This document shows, piece by piece, positions 1 through 14,589 of a stretch of 64,000 bases of DNA. The stretch lies in NCBI RefSeq assembly GCF_009914755.1, contig NC_060930.1. One strand, 5' to 3'. The translations under genes were made by a program, and so were the position numbers. The DNA comes from the human T2T-CHM13v2.0 reference genome, Homo sapiens. The notes under the pieces are model-generated. The model had not been told where the DNA came from, did not search any database, and worked only from the letters and a program-made list of their open reading frames with translations. Positions within the stretch are counted from its first letter, which is position 1; every line of letters starts with the position of its first letter.

Positions 1-74
1 TGATGTGTGACAAATGGCATGCCTCCTGCAAGAGTTATGAGTTATGTGCCTAAACAGGAAGGATCATCTCATTG

Positions 75-350
75 CAGAATTAGGGCATCATCCAGTGGGA
101 AGGGAGTTTCAAGGTCATTTAGTCCAGCCTCCGAGTGATACAGAAATTCTCTTTGCAGCATCCCTATCACGTGGCCATCAAACTTCTACTAGTGTATTCA
201 TCCACACCTGGTCTGTCTAAAACCTTGAGAACAGCCCCTTGTATAGTTCAATAGCCCCAGCTGAAGGAAAAGTTTTTGTTATTTTCAGTAAACATATTCT
301 GTTGTGTAACTTTGGTTGATCGGTTCCCCTTTAGCGACCCAGAAAACACT
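75..350 (-). mobile_element. L3/CR1 LINE 3' fragment (ancient)
   Basis: ggaagggagtttcaaggtcatttagtccagcc...cagcatccct...ggccatcaaacttct...ggaaaagtttttgttat...tgtaacttt follows the recalled antisense L3 3' end; highly diverged. Confidence 0.6.
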
Positions 351-624
351 GAGCTCCCTCTGACACCCATGCCCTTTGACTGAAAGTCAGCCATAAAATA
401 GAGCACCAGAGTAACTTTCCAGAGTCCCAGATCTGCCCCTTCGCTCCACTGCAAATCAAATGTGTGACCTGTGTTTCAATTCAATTAGCCTTTTCCTAAG
501 GGTTTCACTGTTTCTGTTCCTGTGAGTTTCTTTTTTAAAGATCTGTATTTGTATATTTCAAGTGGAATTTTTTTTTTTTTAGCAAACCACAACATTTTAT
601 TTTAAATTGAGAGATATGGTTTGA

Positions 625-1140
<516 letters not shown>

Positions 1141-3405
1141 ACCTGGGAGCAAATTCTCCAAATGACAAAATCAATGGAAGACATTTGGGGGGCCTTGCCC
1201 TTATAGTGGGTGCTGGAGTTACAAAGGTGAATACAATTGTGCCACGTTTCGGTCTTTTTGGAAAACACTACCCCTCATGTGTCTGTAAAAATTGACTCTT
1301 CTTTTTGTGCTAACACTTCCTTTTTTGGCCAAAATCTTTCTAAAAATAGACAGCAAGCCCCCTCCTGCTGCCTGTTTCTTAAACTTTCCTCTCATGAAGG
1401 TGAGCTAGGATTGTACAATTACAATGCTTTGAGAATTTTGTTCCTTTTGAGCTGTCTTTACTTTTCAAAGCCTCTAGTCATGCTATTGGACCTATCTTTT
1501 CCTCTAATAATTAAAAAAGTCTCTATATTGTGTTATTCTCTGTCTTTTCATCCCAGTTTACTATGATTAACGTGGTTACCATCTCCCCAGGTTCTTCCCG
1601 TTCATTTACCTTCACCATTTCATTTCACCTTGCATTTCTTCCCAGTTGCTCAGACTTCACTTCACAATAGTAATTTTCTTTTTCTTTTTTTGTACCTTCT
1701 GAAAGGGCAGTCTAATGACAAAGTCAGTCGATAATTGCTCAGAAGATCTGTATTCACCAGAAAGAGTCTTTCTGCTGATATTCAGAAGATCAAATTTTAA
1801 GCTCAGCATGAACCAAGATCCAGTTACACTGCACACACACAAACAGAAAAACCACCATAGTATGTATGAGGGAAAGATCAGACCATACAATCATTATGTG
1901 ATAATGTATTAATAATAGATGGTATAATGAACCAAAAATTAGCTTGGCAACACTCCCAGGTACTTTTCATAAAATAATTTCCATAACCTGCTTTGCCTAT
2001 GAAGAAGGGAACACATTATCCCACAATTACTTGGGGGTGGAATGATTAGCGTGGGTCCAGGACGCGGCCCGGGGACTCTGTGGTTGGCCTTACACCTTTC
2101 CAGACAATGTCCTTGGCCTCTCCCCTACTACAGCATGTGTAGCTGTGTGTGGGACGGAGGCTAAAAGCCTGGTTATGCTCCACAGAATGAATTCTTATGT
2201 CCCTGAGCTCTTCTCAGAAAACATGCAGGGAGTCTCTGCCAGCTGCAGAAGTTCAGCTCCTAGGAAGAGGGGATGAATTTCTGTGTTTTATTTCAATGGT
2301 GTAGCATGAGTGTGCAGAGCCAACAGTATGATAACTGGTGGTCCTCACGTATGTCTTGGCTACATCATCCTGTGACATGGTCCTGAGGCTGACCAGGGGA
2401 TGGAGCTGACCGTCAGAGCCCCAAATTTAGCATGAGGCATAGCCGATATATGGGACAAAGGTCAAAATTTATGTCACAAAAGGTAACCTGGGACTTGCCT
2501 GTCACTGCAGATCCTGCACTCTACAACATAGCAGTGTTTAGTGCCTGTTTAGGTTGTAAGGGTCATCAGGTCTTCTAAGGAGTCACAGCATATATAGCTA
2601 TATTTTCTGAATATAAATCTATGTGTTAAACGAAATGACACAGGACAGGTCATGGAGAGCATAGAAGAACTGTGTTTGGAGACTCATAAGTGCTCTGGTC
2701 TGGGCATCAGAAACTTGATACAGTTTGCATCACATCCAGGAGGAAGGATCATTCAGGCATTTGGATTTCGTTGCATTGCTGACATCTGTCAGAAACCCAG
2801 CTAACAGCCATTGGCATGAACAGCACAGTTAAAATGAAATGGATCTATTCCATGAGAAGCTCAAAACTGTAGCTGGTTTACAAAGTGTTTTTGTCTAGCC
2901 ACATGCATCATCAATTTAATATTTCAATGTTTCAAGTTTATTTCCATGAATGAGATTTCATTTACCCCCACACACTCACTTAACCTATTGAGTGGTTCTA
3001 AGTTATTAACAAATACAGTCGCCAAAAAGGTGATTATTTTAGAAAGAACAGAGAAAACCTATCAGTTACATCTTTATTTATCTTAGACTTTTAGGCAGCG
3101 CCTCTAGAAAGTGCTGAGCAGAAGCTTAATATGGGAGTGAAGAAAACCAACTTGTTTATCTACCTCTAAGTCACAAAGGCTGTTCTGCACACAGCTATGA
3201 ACTTCTGGGAATAGAAAAGCCACTTAGCAAGTTAGCAGGTGAGGTCAGAGTAGACGCATATTCTCTGGGCTCATAAATTAGCCAAGGAAGAGACGACACC
3301 CTAAATCATCTTTATGGGGCCTAAACCGTAGAGTATCAAAAGCAAATGCATATTTAGATGTAACATATTTGCCAAAATAATTGGACTTTTATTACATTTC
3401 CCCTG

Positions 3406-3420
3406 TGACCTTAATGACCT
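3406..3420 (-). promoter_or_regulatory. Perfect DR3 nuclear-receptor element (AGGTCA tta AGGTCA)
   Basis: tgacct-taa-tgacct on +; motif match only. Confidence 0.4.
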
Positions 3421-4419
3421 TGCATATATTTATCTTCCAACTAGACAACATATTTGTGGATACGTGTTACTCACACATAGGTTTCTGTTAACACTCAAAC
3501 TGAACCACTCAAAAGGGGTGTCATTTGTGAAGTCCAGGGAAAATCATCATAAAGGCAGCTCTTAACACCTAGGTCACAGGGAGGCTTATTTGCCTAAAAG
3601 AAATGCTCATGTTACAAAGGGGTCCTTTCTGCCATTTTTGTTTGAAAACAGACTCCTCTAAAATATGCCGATATCTGTAGAAAAGGAGCAAGAAGAGTTC
3701 CCCTCCAGAGGCTGCTCCCTGGAGAGTCACAGAGATCCTCGCATTTCTCCCATAGTATTCTTCCCAGGCTGCCCATTTCAGCGCAGCATTGACCAACACG
3801 TTTCAAGTCCATAAGCACTTCCAAATGTTGAATTAGAGAATCTCATAATATATCCACAGATTAATCGAACTAATGATATTCATAGGTAGCCAGGATGGGT
3901 CACGTTTTTCAGCTTGTAGTTAAATAAAATCACATCTCTTTCTCTTGTATGCCTCCCCTCTCAATTAATTTTTCAGTTCCCACAGTTTGGTTTTTAGAAA
4001 AATATCCAGTATAACCTATTCAGGTTCCCTCCTACTGCCTTGTCCAAGAACACTATGGACTTATTCATTCCAAAGGGTTCATTCTGTACAAGAACACTAG
4101 GCAGCCGGTTGAAGAGAGAAAAAACTGGAAAGTCTGGTCAGTGTACTAGTTACTGATGCTGACACCAGGCTCTACTGCTAGAAACTGGATCTGCAGAATC
4201 TGAACCAGCCCTCCCTGGCTAACACTCAAAGGCTTTTGGTTGCACCAAAGTCACCCGGGCAATTGACCACATTCCTTCTTGTAGGTTTCTCTTTGAAAGA
4301 CTTGGTTTCCATTCTTGCCAACGGATCTTTAAGTCATCCAGATACAAACTATCCTAACTTCAAACACAAAGTTCAGTCCTCGGTTCCTTGCTTCCCTGAA
4401 GCCCCAAGGATTCCACACC

Positions 4420-4434
4420 ATTTATTTATTTAAT

Positions 4435-4473
<39 letters not shown>

Positions 4474-4479
4474 TTTTTT
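4420..4479. repeat. (ATTT)n tetranucleotide microsatellite
   Basis: About 14 ATTT units with one interruption. Confidence 0.95.
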
Positions 4480-4980
4480 AGGGCACAGAGAGGGAAGCCT
4501 TCAAGTAGCAGAAGGCCCTGGTCTATTCTTTTCCCAGAACAGTTGAGTGTCTCTTCAACCTACCTAGGTATCACCAAGCTTTGGGTCACCCTATGCGGAA
4601 TCAAGAATCCCCACTCCAAGAAACCTCATCATAGAAGACAGCACACTTGGAAAGGATCCTACTCCACTCAATGCCCAGTGACACCTGCCATTCTTTTGCT
4701 TTGCACAGATTTCTTAAAGTGAAGGGTGGAAATATCTCTGGATCATGTCTTTGCTCTAGTCTCTGTTATTGTGTTGTAATCTGAGAAAAATCATTTATTT
4801 TCTCCATTAAGAGTAGACTAGGAATTTTCTAACTTACCAGTTTAGTAGATCAGAAGTTTTTAAAGCTTTTCTTTAGCCTCAGAATCCTTTTTATTCCCTA
4901 CATTTTACAAGTATGAACTTTTACTATCATATTCTCAGGTGTTCCTGAGCCATAATCTTACTTTCTGAAAGCAAATTTTA

Positions 4981-5329
4981 TTTATTTTTTAAATGTTATG
5001 TTAGGTTCAGGGGTGCATGTGCAGGTTTGTTATATAGGTAAACTTGTGTCACAGGCGTTTGTTGCACAGATTATTTTTTCACCCAGATACTAAACCCAGT
5101 ACCCAACAGTTATTTTTTTCTGCTCCTCTCCCTCCGCCCATCCCTCACCCTCAAGTAGGTCCCAGTGTCTGTTGTTCCCTTCTTTGTGTCCCTGTGAGTT
5201 CTCACCATTTAGCTCCCACTTATAAATGAGAACATGCAATATTTGGTTTTCTGTTCCTGCATTAGTTTGCTAAGGATGATGGCCTTCAGCTCCATCCATG
5301 TTCCTGTAAAGGACGTGATCTCATTCTTC
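4981..5329 (-). mobile_element. 5'-truncated L1PA (older primate, about L1PA13-15) 3' UTR
   Basis: catgtgcaggtttgttatataggtaaac...tagctcccacttataaatgagaacatgc. TSD ctgaaagcaaatttta (4965-4980) / ctgaagccaaatttta (5330-5345). Confidence 0.9.
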
Positions 5330-7344
5330 CTGAAGCCAAATTTTAACATATGACACAGAACCCCCAATTTTTCTTAGGTAGAGAACTTAATCTAGTCAAT
5401 CCCATTTAAACCTAATAAATTTTGTTGATGTCTCTATCATGCTGGGTTGAAAAATCAAGCACACTGAAGGCTATTTGCCATTTTCTACTTCCTCACTGAG
5501 AGAGGAATTTTATAAAATTAGAGGCAGTATCTCAGAGGAGAGGTAGGACGCTTTATGATTTTATATTTGTATCCCTATTCTAGCAAATGTTCTGGAGTTC
5601 GTTTATAGAACCAGCTTCCCCTCTGCACACAGAGGGTCGTGCTCAACCCACCCTTCCAGTTCCCATCTCATCTGTTGCGACTTTGAATGCTTCTTCTAGA
5701 AGACCAATTGCCGAGGCCTGTAGGCTCCACTGGCCCAAGGGTAAAGAGACATGGGCCTGCCCCATTCACTCTCTGTATTGCTTTGGCCATTCATCTAATC
5801 TCTTTGAGTTTTGGTTTCCTCGCTAGTAAAATAAAGAAATAAGATGGTCTCAAATCTTCTCCCACTTTTAGAATTATACATCTGATGAATTATGAACACT
5901 CAGATTCTTGGATTCTTCCAAGTCCTTTAAAGCAAACCCTATTACTCCTTGCAAGTAAATATTAGACAACCTCAACCCCTATCAATTCTGCAATTTACAT
6001 GCAGTTCAAGTAGCTGAAGCATACTGGGCTTGCTGCCACTTACTCTAACCTGTTACAGTGATCTCTGGACATAAAAGTTTTGTCTGTTTCATTCTAAAAT
6101 CAACAACATGAGGTATTGCAGAGCCACAGGGTAAGAACCTGGATATGAGAATGGAACAGCACTGGAAGTCAGCCAAGCACGATTTGTATACTAATTCCAG
6201 CTCTGAAATGGACTAAACACCCCGGTTTCATCACTCACAACTCCTGTGCCTCATTCTGATCACCTGCAAAGTGGACATAACAATGCGCTCACTACCTCCC
6301 TCAGAGGATGGTTGTGAACTACTTAATCCCAGACCAGCCACCAGGTGCCACAGCCAGAAGGTCACCCCCGTTCCAGAAAACTCTTTATTCCTGGTAGGGA
6401 GTTCTGACATCACAGAAGACTTTGAAATCCTTTTTTTTTTTTTTACCACAGCTTACTTTGTGGCTTAATCCCTTGCCTACCTTACAACACATTCTCTAGC
6501 ATCCATTTGATATAAATATTTATATTTGCATATATATATATAATATGCATATATTTTACCTAGCACTTATCTATGCTTTGTCCATTTGATCTGATGCATA
6601 TATATTTTACCCAGCACATAGTAAAAATGTAAGTTGGTTATTTTTATTATTACTGAAATTATTTTTAGCATGTTTACACGTTTGTTTATGCCATCGGCTT
6701 CTCCTTGAGGTCCTTTTTCTTCAATGCATAATTATCCAGCAAAAATCCATACATCTTTTGTGGGAAAAAGTGAAAGCGTTTGAGCTTCTGTGTTCACAAA
6801 ACTCTTGTAACAGTTTTCACGTTTACTTTTATTGTGGTTATTTTTGCATGTATTATTTTTCTTACTATACGTATGCCCCTGGGGATCACCACACTGTGTA
6901 TGTTTATACAGTCCCAAAGCAGCTAGCATGTAACATTTCCCGTATGGAACTCAATAAATACTCAATACATTATTGACAAAGACTTAATGAAAACAGACCC
7001 AAGAGCCCAGAAATCATTTCTTGGCTGTGTAGCTTGCTTGATTTGGACTTGCCATGTGGTTTAGACAGGGCAGAGGGTATTTTCCGATCAGCCCAAAGTG
7101 GGCTTCATTATGTACCTGATGTCATTAAATCCATAGCCCTATCTGCCCGAGAGTCCATTCCATTTCTGAGTGTGTCTGTTAGGCTGAAAGCAAAAGTCTT
7201 TATAATAGGATTAGACATTTTAATAGCCCCTAGAGAAATAAAAGCACTTCATGAAGGTTATTTTTTTCTGAATAAAAGCAGCCTATCCATATAACAGAAA
7301 ATGTGTAGTAATTAGAAAATATCCTGTTTCCCTGAAATCATAGT

Positions 7345-7530
7345 ACCAATAAATGACATTTATTGGGTTTCTATCTTATGCCACATATCAGATGTGTTAT
7401 CTTGTTTAAGCTTCACTACTGTGTGGTAGGAATCATTATTATTCCCATTTTACAGATGAGAAACTGTAATTGAAAGTTGCCAAGTAAGTTGCTTAATGTT
7501 CACAATTAGCAAGTGATAAAATAATTTGGC
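7345..7530 (-). mobile_element. MIR
   Basis: Core attattattcccattttacagatgagaaact...aagtaagttgc. Confidence 0.7.
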
Positions 7531-7689
7531 CATCACCAGAGCTCTCTATCTAGACATAAATGTTTGGAAAATTTCTGATCAAGATGGCGTCCCTATTCCA
7601 GGACTCTCTGCCTTTGCTCTCTAGGATTTCTGAATATGAATATAGAAATAGACAGGAGTTTTCATGGTCACTGTGCAACCTCTGTTCAG

Positions 7690-8000
<311 letters not shown>

Positions 8001-8007
8001 TGATATC

Positions 8008-8060
8008 TTTTCTCTCTCTTCTCTCCTCTTTTCTTTTCTCTCTCTCTTCCTCTCTCTCGC
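8008..8060. repeat. CT-rich low-complexity tract
   Basis: About 50 nt of near-pure pyrimidines. Confidence 0.8.
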
Positions 8061-8637
8061 TTTGAAAAAAAAATAATAAACTTGGCTTCCTCCAACTGTC
8101 ATCAGTGGTCACTAGAGGGGCTTTCCCAATACTCAGAAAAACACATCCCTGTTGCTTTTTGTCAGAGACTTTCTATGCATGACTTAGGCCTCATCAGCAG
8201 TAAAAGCTCAAGCAGTAAGGGTGTCTGCTGCCAGGCTGCACTGACTTGGAGGAGCAGGGGCCGGGCTTGCTGTACTGCCCTACTCAGTGCTGGAGGTTTC
8301 ACTGTCATTCGTGACAACAAAATTATGTCACTTTCACCTACCAGGACAGGCACCAAAAAACCCATTGGTACAGCCCCTTCCCAACAAGAGAAGCCAAGGG
8401 GCAGCAGCTAGTCAAGTCAGGTGCAGGAGAGCAGAGAATGAGAGGGGGATGCATTGAAGGAGGCGGCACCTGGGTAGGTGTTTCAGGGAACAGGCCCCTT
8501 CTTCCAATCATGGGGAATTTCCCTTTTTGTGAAAGGGAAATTCAGAATAGGAATTCCTATCAATGACAAGGCCATGTAAGTGGCACAGAAAACATAAGTA
8601 GTTGTTGAGCCACTTACGTGGCCCAACATGTGATTGA

Positions 8638-8923
<286 letters not shown>

Positions 8924-11089
8924 GACTGAGTGACTCTTAAACTATTGCGGCATGAAAAGCTGTCCCTTCTCCTTCTATCACCTACCCTTTCCCTGAGCAG
9001 CTGAGGGTTGAATGCAGTGTGTCTACTCTCCAAGTCGCTCCAACGTAGATCACTTGTATTACAATTGATTTTTTTTTTTACTATTACCTAACAGCTCCAT
9101 CTGTTACTAATCCATAACAGATGCAAATTTTTGTACACTTTATGCATTTTATGGACTTTGGCAGCAATGGGCATTTTCTTGTTTATGCCACTCTCAATCA
9201 GTTAATGTTTTCTAGGTTTTCTCCCCCTTACTCCAGTTCCTAAACAGATACTCCTTTCTTCTGAGAACACAGGCAAAGCACACAATATTGATCTGATTGC
9301 AGAGTAGAACCCTCCCGAAATCCCGAAAGCCAATTACCTCATACTGCACAGTACAGTAAATTCTAGGATAACCTTAGAAAGGGAGTCAGTCAAGTGGTTT
9401 ATAAGAAAAGAAACTATAAAAAGAGTGCTCTTCAGATTCTTCCCCTGCTATAATCCAGTCAGGTCATATTTTATTGGTGCTCATTATTCAGGCAGACAGT
9501 GATAACTGTGGAAACCATGGAAACATATTATGGCCAAATTGATGCTGCTTCGAAACGCCAGTGACTCACGCTGTGGAACACTAACCATGATCCATTAAGG
9601 CGCTTCTTGGACTTTTGTCAAGAGGGCCCTCCACGTGTGCATTCTAGGTGCAAGTGCAGCCACAACTCACTTGGAGAGTGAGGGGGCTCTCCAATATAAA
9701 AGGCAACTCATCAGACTTTTCCCAGAATGAATAAAAAGATATCACAAGTTGCACATCATCCTGGATCAGTTTTATTCCAATGAATCCCTTAAGTTACAAG
9801 GCATATTTGAATACTCCTAAGTATTTAAGACACAGTGTGCACTCCCTAGCACACACTCTCTCTCCTCTTCTTTAAACCTAATTATTTGCCTCTACATTTT
9901 AAAACTTCAAATAAGAATATGCATTGTCCTTGTAATTATGCTCATGAAAATGTCAGATTTCCATATTCTACATCTGATAAAAATAAATACATCTCAGCGG
10001 ATCATTACATTTTGTTAAATTCCCAAAGCTATGAACACTTAAGGCCACATCCCACTTCAGAGAATGCCACAGAGACAGCTTAGATTAAGGATGCCTCTTT
10101 TATTTATAATCTTGAACACAAATCCTTTACTAATATATGAGATTTAAGTATAGCATTAAAGAGAAATTTTCATAATGTAAACATTAATGATAGTTTCAAA
10201 TTTTTTATTTCTTTTTTTAGAATAAATTATGCAATGTGTTCAGTAATGTAAGTAGAGTAGAAATTTTTTAAATTATCAAAATTTATCAAAAACTATCAAG
10301 TATTTATCAGCCGTGTACAAGGTATTTCTTATTCATGTGATGCCATCTCAGTCGATGGCAAGGCTAGAATTGTGAAGTCTTGGCTAGTGCACCATCCCTC
10401 TGAATATTTTGATCCTATTTTGTCTTGTCATCTTCTAAAATGTACCAATCATTTATGATTGCAGCAAATCAATAATCAGAAGACTGAATTTTCTGACAAT
10501 GTTAGCCCCGATATGAGGCTGAAGTTTCAATCATGCTTGTATAAGCATAGTTGAAACTGAATAAATTATAACTTTTTTATTTTTGTATTTTAATAACATC
10601 TTTTTAAAATAGTTACAAAAGGAATGTATGTTCAGTGCAGATAATTTTAAAAACGGAAAAACTACGGAAGAAGCAAGGATTACCTATGATTCAGCCCTGA
10701 TACATAATCATCATTTATATTTTGCTATGTGCCCTTCTACTATTTTTGTTTGTTGGTTTGTTTGTATATTATTTTAAAGAAATAGTATTGTACTCTCACA
10801 ACTTGCATTTTATTATTTGGCTCTATATTGTGAATGTTGTCTCATCAGTATATAAGTATTTTCTGTAACACTTTCAGTGACTAGATCTGATGCTGTAGTA
10901 GATACGTAAGAACTTTTATAATCACATTTAGATTCCTTTGAATTGCCTGTTTTATAGATTATGCTGAAAGGAGCATCCTTTTATGTTGAACTTTGGCCCC
11001 ATCTTTAATTATTTACTTAGGATACATCCCTACAACTGCTTCATATAGGAATCATAAGGCCTAGGAAATCTGTTTTCAATTTCCCTTTA

Positions 11090-11497
<408 letters not shown>

Positions 11498-11929
11498 TCA
11501 CTCTTTAAATTTGCATGTATTTGTTATTAATGATCTTTAACATTTTTCATAAGATAGTTTAAAAAATCATCTGTATTAATTGCTTGTTTATTGCCTTTTC
11601 CTTTTCAAAATATGTAGGTATCTATCTTTTCTCTGTAGATCTGTAGAATCCTTCCACTCATTTGACACTTTGCCTGACACATTTTTCCCCAGTTTGTGAC
11701 TTGTCCTTTAGTTCTGAGAATCTTGTTATTGAGGTTCAGAAATACTCATTTTAGCTCACCAAATCTCTTTTGTTTACCTTTATAATTTCTATTTTTCATT
11801 TTATTTTTCCAAAGCCTTCCTGGACCCAAGATATTTGTTCATATTTTCTCAAAGTTTTCTTATTGTTTCATTTGCATTTAATTTTTAAAACAATTTCTAA
11901 TTAATTTTAGTGTATAGTAAAAGACTACT

Positions 11930-12115
11930 CTCTAGCATATTTTGCATCACAGCGCACATAGAAACATACACGTTTTCATGGCACTCTGGGGTAAACAAAT
12001 GAGGCTGTTCACAGCTAGGGTTTATCAGCCACCTGGGCAACTGAGATGATCACATCCTAGCTCATCTGTAACCAAGTCCCAGCAAGCCATTGTGCTGTGG
12101 CATTTCTGGTATGAG
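11930..12115. mobile_element. Probable hAT-Charlie non-autonomous DNA transposon relic
   Basis: cagcgcacatagaaa...ggcactctggggtaaacaaatgaggctg...ctgtaacc...tgtgctgtggca resembles a recalled hAT MITE consensus; composition shift inside the L1. Confidence 0.45.
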
Positions 12116-14332
12116 GCAACTGAAGACATGACCTTTTAAAATATAAGTAACCAACCATCTAAGTTATTGAACAATTTGATTCTTTCCCCCACTTATTTGA
12201 AGGGTCATTTTATTCACGTAATTAAAACTTCTATACGTGGTATTTTCCTAGTATTTCCACCCTGTTTCATTGATCTGAATGTCCATCCTGACACTAATAC
12301 CACACTGTTTCATGCTTTATAGATTTTTAATATGTTCTAATCTTTGATAATGCAAGTTCCATCTTATTTTTTTTCAAACATTTTAATTCCTACCAGTTTA
12401 TTCCTTTAGATAAATTTTAGAAAATTTCTCAAAAATTCAAATGTTTGAAGACTTGAGATTGCATTAAACGTAAACATCATTTAACATCAACAGAATATTG
12501 ACATCAACAGAATATTTTTGTTTTCCCACTTGGAATGCACTTATTCAAATCATCCATGTGCCTTTCAATGAAGTTTAGTAGTTTTCTCCATATAGCTAAA
12601 TACTTCTTTTCAGGTAATTCCTAGATATTTGTCATATTTGTTGCTATTTTTAATTCTATATTTTTCCTATTATATTTTCTATATGATTATTATTTACAAT
12701 TTTCTATATGATTATTATTGGCTTAAAAACTATAAATATTTTATTTCCAGACAGCTATCAGACCATAACATTTGTTTGTCATATTCTGTCTGTAAAGACA
12801 CTAACTATGGAGGAAAATATTGCTCTGTTACTGTCTTGGAATATGCAGTATAAACAGAAAGAATAATTCCTAATTATTTGAGTGGCTCCTTATTTTTAAA
12901 AAATATATTTGTATAAGGGAATACTTTTGGAAGAATCACAGAATATTCTCTGAATTTTCTCAATTTGATTTCAGCTGTCACGTCTAAAAAGTTTACTAAG
13001 ATGCATTCTTTGAAAACAAAGGTATACAGGCTGAAATATTCAGAGTACTTTCTAATTTACAGGCATTTTGGTTTTTAATAAATCTCTCTGTCAAATTTCC
13101 CCTAGTTATTTCCACATTCAATCGTAATTTTACCAATGATGTTTGCGATGGCAATGAAGAGATACGATTAGAGTCAAATGAATGGCTCTCGTAAGCAAAT
13201 CTTTTCCTACAGTAGTACCAAAGTTTAAGAAAATGAAAGACTTTAATGAAACATTTTAAAGCATAAAACCAAATTCTCAAATTAGAACACAAATGAGAAG
13301 AAATATTTTTTCTCCCAAAAGTATGCCTAAAGAGAGAGGCGGGGATGAGAAGGTTGTGAAATGCTTTCACCATCTTGCAGAGCACTGAATACTTTCCACG
13401 GCTGCAGGTAAGTATGTTTTGGAGAAGGGGGGATAAATCAGCAGATCTCTGATTTTTTCAGGGACTAAACAGATGTTTAAACCCATAACACTCAGCTATT
13501 TCAGATGCATGAAAACTGCTCTTCGGCTTTATTGAATTGCTGGTTAATACACAGGAACTAAATTAGGTCTATAATTTCAGATGCCCTTTTTTAATGACTC
13601 ATTTTTCTGTCAATAAAATTGACAACAGAGACCAGCACAGTTGCTTTGTCCAACTCTGATCTGCCCTGCTGAGTCATGTGACACAGTCTAGTGTTGCCAG
13701 ATAGAGGCTGTCACTCTCCCCTGGAGTTTTCATGGAAATAAGATTTGAGAAATGTGGCCTGTGCAAGCCCAGGGAGGTTTTCAACAGACATGAGGGATGG
13801 CATCAATCATTCCACAAGGTCTCCCATAGGGCATTTCCATTGATAGTGCAGCCTTTATTTGTGTGTTCAAAGATAAAGTAAGTCCCTTTTTCCTGGTGAA
13901 AGTCGTCTCCTTTGGCATGAGGCTTCCTCTGCTGACCTCAGAGCCTCCTAAATGATTTAGATAGCTTATCTCACCTCCCCCCATCCTGTGAATAGAGAAG
14001 AATTTCTAAGATGAAATAGGGAAGTTAGGTTTGACCGCAAATTTAAGTAACGGAAAGAATTTGTAAATTGCAGAATGTGTTCATCACAAGGGAAAATTTT
14101 AAATAATCCTTTTATGATTGTTTTCAAGGGAAAAAAGTGAATAAGCCTCACCTTTATTCTTTATTCATTTTCCCTCATTGATGTCAATCTAGTCATTTAT
14201 TGGCATATGTGCCCAACCTCTACTCATGAATATTGGACATTTAATGACATTAACAAGGACAGATACATAAGCTTGCCAAAGGAATCATGTAAGTGATATG
14301 CTGAATAAAAGCCACGTTGGTGATAATCCACT

Positions 14333-14372
14333 CCACACACACACTCGCACGTACACACACACACACACACGC
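14333..14372. repeat. Interrupted (CA)n
   Basis: cacacacacactcgcacgtacacacacacacacacacgca. Confidence 0.85.
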
Positions 14373-14589
14373 ACTCCTCCACTTTTAGATGAGAAAAATG
14401 AGAAGGCTCGAAGGAAACTATAGGAGGTCAAGTGTTAATGTGTCAACTGTCACTAAGGTAGAAATTATCAATATATTTTAAAGCACTGTTAATAATTTTT
14501 AATTAATTTAATTACTCATTAAATTTAAAATAAAATGAGATACTTTTGAAAACTGATTCTGGCTATTCAATGAAACAAATATCAGTGAC

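Noticed and set aside
2050-2075. CpG cluster as a possible CpG island
   Set aside because: Only about 25 bp; far too short.
12484-12516. Short tandem duplications (also 6545-6617, 21621-21642, 29253-29280, 48197-48246)
   Set aside because: Ordinary slippage products at expected density; no spacer-repeat array, so nothing CRISPR-like.
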